Positions 58,269-64,000 of a stretch of DNA of 64,000 nt are shown in pieces (within the stretch, counting starts at the first letter, position 1; every line of letters begins with the position of its first letter). Source of the stretch: Vampirovibrionaceae bacterium NZW_1234. Lineage in GTDB: Bacteria; Cyanobacteriota; Vampirovibrionia; Vampirovibrionales; JAGQHJ01. The stretch spans positions 64,001 through 128,000 of the forward strand of contig JBGUGD010000014.1 of the NCBI GenBank assembly GCA_041697335.1, in the 5' to 3' direction. The position numbers were made by a program, and so were the translations under genes. Below the pieces are notes generated by a model that was not told the origin of the DNA, made no database searches, and saw only the letters and a list, made by a program, of their open reading frames with translations.

Positions 58269-58300
58269 AGCAATTATCGTAGATAACTGAGGATCATTCT

Positions 58301-59047
58301 TTGAAACACCAATGGCACAAAATGCTAAGCACAATCCTTCCCGTCACGTTGTTGACTGGCTGGCTGCTGTGCCCGGCCGTCTATGCCGATGTGTTTCTCT
58401 CACCCAAGGCCCTTAGTGAAAAAATCAAAAATCATATCCAATCTCTTGTTGAGCTGCCTGATCCGGAAGCCAGCCTGGAGGTAGAAGTCCTGTCGATTCC
58501 GACCGAAGCATTGCACTTGAAAGGAGAAAACCTGGAGATCCTGTTTGAAGAAAATCAAACAGCACCCAGTTCCTCAAGAACCATTGTGCAACTGACCCTG
58601 AGTACCGAAGCCGAAACACGTCGCATAGGGGTCCCGGTTCGCTTGATGGTGGATAAACCTGTGTGGGTGGCTCGTCAGATGATCCGAGCCAAAGAGCCAT
58701 TGACCCTAAAAAATGTCATGCAACAAACCAAGCGTCTGGATTATGGGCATGACAACACGCTGAAAGCCCAGGACAATATTTTGCAGTATTACAGCCGCAT
58801 GAACATTAGTGCCGGCACTATCCTCAATGCAAATAACGTGTCCCTAGCACCGGCGGTGCACGCCAATGACGAAGTCAAGCTGATTATGGCGCTGGCCAGC
58901 GGTGTCAATATTACGTTACTGGGAACGGCCATGGAAACCGGTCCGGTAGGCAAAAAAATTCGAGTAAAACAGGAATTGGCCAATCGAAAGGTACGTATTC
59001 TAAATGCCGAAGTGGTCGGCAAAGATCTGGTGATGGTTCGCTTATAA
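58301..59047 (+). CDS. flgA: Flagellar P-ring formation chaperone FlgA
   Basis: Signal peptide, SAF-like domain, GTAMETGPVGKKIRV; lies between flgG and flgH. Confidence 0.82.
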   Translation: MKHQWHKMLSTILPVTLLTGWLLCPAVYADVFLSPKALSEKIKNHIQSLVELPDPEASLEVEVLSIPTEALHLKGENLEILFEENQTAPSSSRTIVQLTLSTEAETRRIGVPVRLMVDKPVWVARQMIRAKEPLTLKNVMQQTKRLDYGHDNTLKAQDNILQYYSRMNISAGTILNANNVSLAPAVHANDEVKLIMALASGVNITLLGTAMETGPVGKKIRVKQELANRKVRILNAEVVGKDLVMVRL

Positions 59048-59105
59048 GCATCGCATCACTCCTTACAAGAGAGAAGAAATAAGATGACACGAGAGAGAGC
59101 GCCCA

Positions 59106-59777
59106 ATGAGAAACCCAACCATTAAACCCATAAAACCCATTGCCTGCACCTTGGCTTTGGCCGGGCTTGTCGTGTTTCAATGCCTGCCTCTCGTGGCCCA
59201 GGCCGAATCGTTATTCCGGTCCGGTATTTCTTACCAAACGTCACAGCCCTATACCCCCCGATCGCTATTTGCACTGCCACGCCCCAGCACGATAGGCGAC
59301 ACCATTACCGTGAATATCCGCCAAAACATGCAGTCTATCGTTCTACAGAACTCCAACCTGATTCGGGAGCAAAACATCAACGAAAATTCTTCGGACTTTT
59401 ATAACCGGGTCATCAAACGCCTGTTTGGTATTAAAAGCTTTTTGCCCAATGTCGATGGCATTAGTAATGAAGACCTGCTGAATGCCCGGGCAACCATTAA
59501 TCGTCAATATATTTTCACGGATACCATTGCCTGCCAAGTGGTTCAAGTCCTGCCTAACGGATATTTGGTCATCCAAGGACGAAAATCTATTAATGCAGAA
59601 CAGGAGAAACAGGATCTGACCATTAGTGGCATCGTTAACCCCTACTTCCTGGCGGCCAACAATTCCATTAGTTCGGATCAGGTTGGAAACTTCCAAATGT
59701 CTCTGGCCGGCAATGGGGTGGTCAGTCGTCACAATGGGGATGGCACGATTTACAAGTTGTATCGACTCATGAACTAA
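59106..59777 (+). CDS. flgH: Flagellar L-ring protein FlgH
   Basis: IGDTITVNI, VVQVLPNGYLVIQG, ISGIV, NSISSDQV. Confidence 0.88.
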   Translation: MRNPTIKPIKPIACTLALAGLVVFQCLPLVAQAESLFRSGISYQTSQPYTPRSLFALPRPSTIGDTITVNIRQNMQSIVLQNSNLIREQNINENSSDFYNRVIKRLFGIKSFLPNVDGISNEDLLNARATINRQYIFTDTIACQVVQVLPNGYLVIQGRKSINAEQEKQDLTISGIVNPYFLAANNSISSDQVGNFQMSLAGNGVVSRHNGDGTIYKLYRLMN

Positions 59778-59833
59778 CCCCGTGTTATGGAGCGCAATGA
59801 GAGAGAGCGATAAGAGAAAGGACATATTCGAGG

Positions 59834-60955
59834 ATGCGTAGAACGGTAAAATCAACAATTTCGCTTTTCCTGGCAACACTGCTATGTTGCATGGCATTGC
59901 CTATGCAAGTAGGCCAGGCTGCCACTGTGCGTATCAAAGATATTACTCACATCAAAGGCGTCCGAGACAATATGCTGGTGGGATACGGGGTTGTCGTCGG
60001 CCTAATGAAAACCGGGGACAAAAGCCGTTCAACACAAAACACCCAGCGCAACCTCCTGATGAATTTCGGTAACGTGGTTCAAAACGCCACAGATATTAAA
60101 AATGATAACGCCGCAGCTGTCATTGTGACCGCCACGATTCCACCATTTGCCAAAGCCGGCGATCGCCTGGATGTTACCGTTTCTTCCGTAGCAGACGCCA
60201 AAAGCCTGGAAGGCGGTGTGTTGATTCAAACCCAACTTCTGGCTCCCAATGGTGAAGTTGTTGCCCTGGCTCAAGGTCCTGTTTCCACGGGTGGCAGTTC
60301 TGTCGAAGCAGCAGGTTCATCCAAGCGAACCTCTATCACAACATCGGGTCGAGTCCCGGGTGGTGCAATCATTGAACGAGAGATCCACACCGAAATTGGT
60401 GACGAATCCGGTATTGAACTGGTTTTAAACCATGCTGACTTTTCATTGGCACAACGTGTCGCTGAAACCATCTCCCAACGGGTCAGCCCGGCAATGGCAC
60501 TGGATGGGGGTTCTATTCGAGTCGAAATGCCGGCCAGTTTTGCCGGAAACCGAGTTCCATTTATCTCGGCCATTGAAAACCTGACCGTCCAAACCGATGC
60601 CGATGTGGCCAAAGTCATTATCAACGAACGTACCGGCACCATCGTCATTGGCAATTCTGTTCGACTGCATCCGGCTGCGGTAGCCCATGGGGGTATTACC
60701 GTCAGTGTGGAGGCCACGAACGACGTGTCCCAACCTAACGCATTATCCTCAGGCGGCACCACGTTGGGCGTCTCCAATGCCCAAATCTCCATCGATAAAA
60801 AAGCCGGATCACTGATTCAAATGAAACCCAACGCATCCTTACAGGACCTGGTCGGCGCCTTAAATGCTCTGGGCGTGACCCCCAGTGATTTGATTTCGAT
60901 TCTTCAGGCCTTAAAAGCCGCCGGTAGCCTGGAAGCCACGTTGGAAATTATTTAA
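59834..60955 (+). CDS. flgI: Flagellar P-ring protein FlgI
   Basis: RIKDI..GVRDNMLVGYGVVVGL, SLEGGVL, INERTGTIV, ILQALKAAG. Confidence 0.96.
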   Translation: MRRTVKSTISLFLATLLCCMALPMQVGQAATVRIKDITHIKGVRDNMLVGYGVVVGLMKTGDKSRSTQNTQRNLLMNFGNVVQNATDIKNDNAAAVIVTATIPPFAKAGDRLDVTVSSVADAKSLEGGVLIQTQLLAPNGEVVALAQGPVSTGGSSVEAAGSSKRTSITTSGRVPGGAIIEREIHTEIGDESGIELVLNHADFSLAQRVAETISQRVSPAMALDGGSIRVEMPASFAGNRVPFISAIENLTVQTDADVAKVIINERTGTIVIGNSVRLHPAAVAHGGITVSVEATNDVSQPNALSSGGTTLGVSNAQISIDKKAGSLIQMKPNASLQDLVGALNALGVTPSDLISILQALKAAGSLEATLEII

Positions 60956-60968
60956 GGAGCGACCTCTG

Positions 60969-61346
60969 ATGGATCTGATTACTAACCTGCAAACCACTCA
61001 GCAAGCTCGCTTCAGCCTGGAAAATGCCAAGCTGAAATCCTTAAACGCACGGCCACAGAATCACGAAAACAAAGAAGATCTGATGAAAACGGCTCGTCAG
61101 TTTGAAGGGATCTTCATGAAGCAATTGTTCGATGCCATGGACAAAACCGTAGACCGCTCTGACAGTATTCTCAGCGGTGGCTCGGGGGAAGATATGTTCC
61201 GGGGTATGATGTACGACAAGATTTCGGAATCCATGGCCTCTCGCCCCGGCGGAAGTGGTATGGGACTGGCTGAAGCCATTTACCGTCAGCTGGAAAAACG
61301 GATTCCGAAAACATCAAAGAATGAACCTACGGAGGTGGCAGAATGA
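60969..61346 (+). CDS. flgJ: FlgJ rod-binding domain-only protein
   Basis: ARQFEGIFMKQL..M, MGLAEAIYRQL; no muramidase domain. Confidence 0.88.
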   Translation: MDLITNLQTTQQARFSLENAKLKSLNARPQNHENKEDLMKTARQFEGIFMKQLFDAMDKTVDRSDSILSGGSGEDMFRGMMYDKISESMASRPGGSGMGLAEAIYRQLEKRIPKTSKNEPTEVAE

Positions 61347-61744
61347 TCGATCGCATTGGTGGATCACCGACCCCATTTCAATCGGTTCAAGGATCTCGAA
61401 CCTATCAAAATGCCACTCGCAACACTACTGTGTTTCGCGAAGCCTTGATGAACGAAATGGAAGAAGCCCCTAAAAGCGAGAGCCAGGGATGGTCTTCCGA
61501 GTTTCAGCCACAACAGATTGACACGGCTCCTCGTTTTGATGAGCGCCCTTCAGCCAGTGTTTCTTCTCCCGTCAGCCGGCCTCGGATGCAATCTGCTCCG
61601 TCATCGTACCTGGCTCAGTTGCAGCCCATGATCCAAGAGGTCCAGCAATTGGCTGAAGCCTCCGGATATATTGGCGTGACTTCTCAAGATGTTTTACGCG
61701 CCTATCAGAGTGGCCGGAGCTTACTGGCCGACTATCGCGTTTAG
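61343..61744 (+). CDS. Hypothetical protein in the flgM position (possible divergent anti-sigma28)
   Basis: Between flgJ and flgN; disordered N-terminus, helical C-terminus. Confidence 0.6.
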   Translation: MIDRIGGSPTPFQSVQGSRTYQNATRNTTVFREALMNEMEEAPKSESQGWSSEFQPQQIDTAPRFDERPSASVSSPVSRPRMQSAPSSYLAQLQPMIQEVQQLAEASGYIGVTSQDVLRAYQSGRSLLADYRV

Positions 61745-61772
61745 CCCTATTTAACGTAAAGGAACAAACCCA

Positions 61773-62306
61773 ATGGTAACGCAACGCCCCAACCGTATGG
61801 ATATCGAAGATTTTAAAGCACTCCTGAGTCAGGAGATCGACATCTATAATCGTATTGAACACCACCTGGAGCGGAAAAAAGATGTGATTATCAAAGGCGA
61901 TCTGGAAACATTGCAACGGATTGATAACGAACTGGAAGCCTTGACGAATATGTCCCGCAATATGGCCAAAAAGCGCATTGACCTGATGGTGCGCATGGGT
62001 CGTGAAGGCCAAACGCTACGGGAATTTATCAGCAGCCTGGAGTCCGGTGACGAATCCCGGATACTGGAACAAACCCGCCAACAGATGATACAAACCACAA
62101 GTAACATCAAGGAACTGAGTCAAACAAACAGCAATCTGCTCACACAATCAATCCGCATGATAGAGCAATCGGTAGATATGATTGCCAACATGCTGATGCC
62201 CAAACCAGCAACGTACGGTAAAAATGTGGCTGCAAATACCGTTGATATGACTCCAAATATAGATCACAACTATTTCGGCACCTCTACTATAAGCCATAAC
62301 GCCTAA
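61773..62306 (+). CDS. flgN: Flagellar export chaperone FlgN
   Basis: All-helical; KKDVIIKGDLETL, TNSNLL; directly upstream of flgK. Confidence 0.85.
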   Translation: MVTQRPNRMDIEDFKALLSQEIDIYNRIEHHLERKKDVIIKGDLETLQRIDNELEALTNMSRNMAKKRIDLMVRMGREGQTLREFISSLESGDESRILEQTRQQMIQTTSNIKELSQTNSNLLTQSIRMIEQSVDMIANMLMPKPATYGKNVAANTVDMTPNIDHNYFGTSTISHNA

Positions 62307-62421
62307 TTCAAAAAACGGATCATAAAACCGCGAAGTACAAAGAAAGGATTAATCTCACAATGACCTAAGCCTACAATTCAGAGCATTTAGTACACACGAG
62401 AAAAGAGAGAGTAAGAGAGTC

Positions 62422-63942
62422 ATGGGTTCAGTCAACATACCGACATTTTTTGGGATGTTCACGGCTCGAAGTGCCATTGCCGCTGCTCAAGCGCAAATGA
62501 ACACGATTAACCATAACATTGCAAATGCCAACACCGAAGGATATAGTCGCCAACGAGTCGACTTGCATCAAGTTGGCCCATTTCCTCCGGCCACCATTTC
62601 CAATTATGTCGGATCTGGCCAAATTGGCGCTGGCGTTGCCGTTTCTGATGTTGTTCGTACTTATGACAATTTTATTGATGAACAAATTCGCCGTCAAAAT
62701 AGTCTTCAACAATACCAGCAACCTATCAGCAATAACCTTTCCTATATTGAAAGCATTTTAGGTGAGCCCAATGGTAATGGCTTGAACGAAGCCATGAGTA
62801 ACTTTTTTAACAGTGCTCAAGCACTCAGTATACACCCGGATGACCTCAGCGCCCGGACATCCTTTATGCTCTCAGCAAAAACCTTGCTCGACACTGCCCA
62901 GGAACAAGCACAACTGCTCTCGGCCCTTCGCACGAATATTGTCGGGGACGCATCCTCACCCGTAAGCATTAGCTCAAGCCAAGTCGCCATTACGGTGACC
63001 CAGATCAACAACGATTTAACCCAAATTGCCAATTTGAACTCACAAATTATGACCGCCTCGGTCGTGGGCGCCACTCCCAACGATCTCTTGGATCAACGAG
63101 ACAAACTCCTGAATGATCTCTCAAAAAAATTGAATATCACCGTTACCCACCAAGCCAACAATATGGTTAACGTAAGCCTTGGCAGCAACGACTTAATTCG
63201 AGGGGCCGTTTTAAGAGATACATTACAAGTCGTTGCAAATCCTGGCCCAACACCCGATCCGAATGACACGCCTTCATTAGTCCAGCTGGCATCTACCAGT
63301 ACCACGGTAAACAGTGATATTAGAGGCGGTTCTCTCGGTGGATTGTTATCCATTGGAGACAATAGCAGCAGTTCCACCTCTATTCGGAGCGTCCTGGAAA
63401 ATATGGACACGCTCTTTAATGAGATTGCAACGCAAGTCAATAGCCTGCAGGCAGCAGGTCGTGACCTTAGCGGAAACATCCCGACGGCCGGTAATGACGC
63501 TATTTTTAATTTGGCTGCCGGTACAGGCTTATCAATATTTCGATACAGTATCAATGAAAATTTATTAGCGGACTCGACACTGGTTGCCGCTGCCATTGAT
63601 GACTCCGGAGCTTTTGCCGGAAGAGGCGATGGCCGTAACGCTTTAGCTATTGCTCAACTCGCCTCAACATCGCTTGCAGGCTTAGGTAATTTCACGCCTG
63701 GCGGCTTTTTCAACAATACGGTTGCCCGACTGGGAAATGACTCTCAAGCTGCTCAGAGAGCATCCGAACGGTTGGATGAAGTGGTAAAGCAATTAGAGCA
63801 GCGCCGTTCCTCCATTCGAGGTGTAAACCTTGAAGAAGAAATGGTTGATTTAATGCGCTTTCAGCGGGGTTTCGAGGCTTCTGCAAGGGTTTTAAGCACC
63901 TTGGATAAAATTATTGATTTGATTATCAACGGATTATTTTAG
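62422..63942 (+). CDS. flgK: Flagellar hook-associated protein FlgK
   Basis: HNIANANTEGYSRQRV, PNDLLDQRD, GVNLEEEMVDLMRFQ..ASA. Confidence 0.95.
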   Translation: MGSVNIPTFFGMFTARSAIAAAQAQMNTINHNIANANTEGYSRQRVDLHQVGPFPPATISNYVGSGQIGAGVAVSDVVRTYDNFIDEQIRRQNSLQQYQQPISNNLSYIESILGEPNGNGLNEAMSNFFNSAQALSIHPDDLSARTSFMLSAKTLLDTAQEQAQLLSALRTNIVGDASSPVSISSSQVAITVTQINNDLTQIANLNSQIMTASVVGATPNDLLDQRDKLLNDLSKKLNITVTHQANNMVNVSLGSNDLIRGAVLRDTLQVVANPGPTPDPNDTPSLVQLASTSTTVNSDIRGGSLGGLLSIGDNSSSSTSIRSVLENMDTLFNEIATQVNSLQAAGRDLSGNIPTAGNDAIFNLAAGTGLSIFRYSINENLLADSTLVAAAIDDSGAFAGRGDGRNALAIAQLASTSLAGLGNFTPGGFFNNTVARLGNDSQAAQRASERLDEVVKQLEQRRSSIRGVNLEEEMVDLMRFQRGFEASARVLSTLDKIIDLIINGLF

Positions 63943-63965
63943 GCTAGCAGAGAGGTTATCCGGTT

Positions 63966-64000
63966 ATGAGTATTACAAGAGTTTCCTCCAGCTTTATCAT
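63966..64000 (+). CDS. flgL: 5' fragment of the next gene, probably flgL
   Basis: ATG after GAGAGG, MSITRVSSSF; follows flgK; truncated by the window end, so the call rests mainly on synteny. Confidence 0.5.
   Translation, partial: MSITRVSSSFI

Noticed and set aside
1..64000. tRNA, rRNA, prophage, integrase, transposase, reverse transcriptase or defence genes
   Set aside because: None recognisable by motif in the ORF track or intergenic sequence; a tRNAscan/Infernal run would be needed to exclude RNA genes

Overview
Chromosomal window from a flagellated, diderm bacterium with cyanobacteria-like housekeeping genes; my inference is Vampirovibrionia (Melainabacteria). Core genes: gyrA, metH, priA, argF, ruvX/yqgF, lptC, a DUF512/TIGR03279-like Fe-S protein, an ABC1/UbiB kinase, prpD-prpB-prpC, an NFACT/RqcH protein, rfaE2, a PrsA-like PPIase and rplI. 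The window ends in a flagellar cluster: SLT-flgF-flgG-flgA-flgH-flgI-flgJ-(flgM?)-flgN-flgK-flgL (partial). I saw no tRNA, rRNA, CRISPR, transposase or phage genes. Most notable observations: (1) a non-coding ~41-bp tandem array of helically phased TGAGTA(A/G)AAA boxes at 41451-41767 that ends in a sigma28-consensus promoter; (2) six unrelated proteins sharing a disordered N-terminal leader ending in [R/K/V]F[G/S/A], a candidate secretion or targeting signal; (3) three pseudoenzymes (two Glu-less zincins and a degenerate histidine kinase); (4) a lysine-free, one-third Q/N protein beside the flagellar cluster; (5) a 141-bp palindromic MITE-like element; (6) two structured intergenic regions; (7) recurrent (GA)n tracts before start codons. 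All family calls come from recognising motifs by eye; no searches were run.
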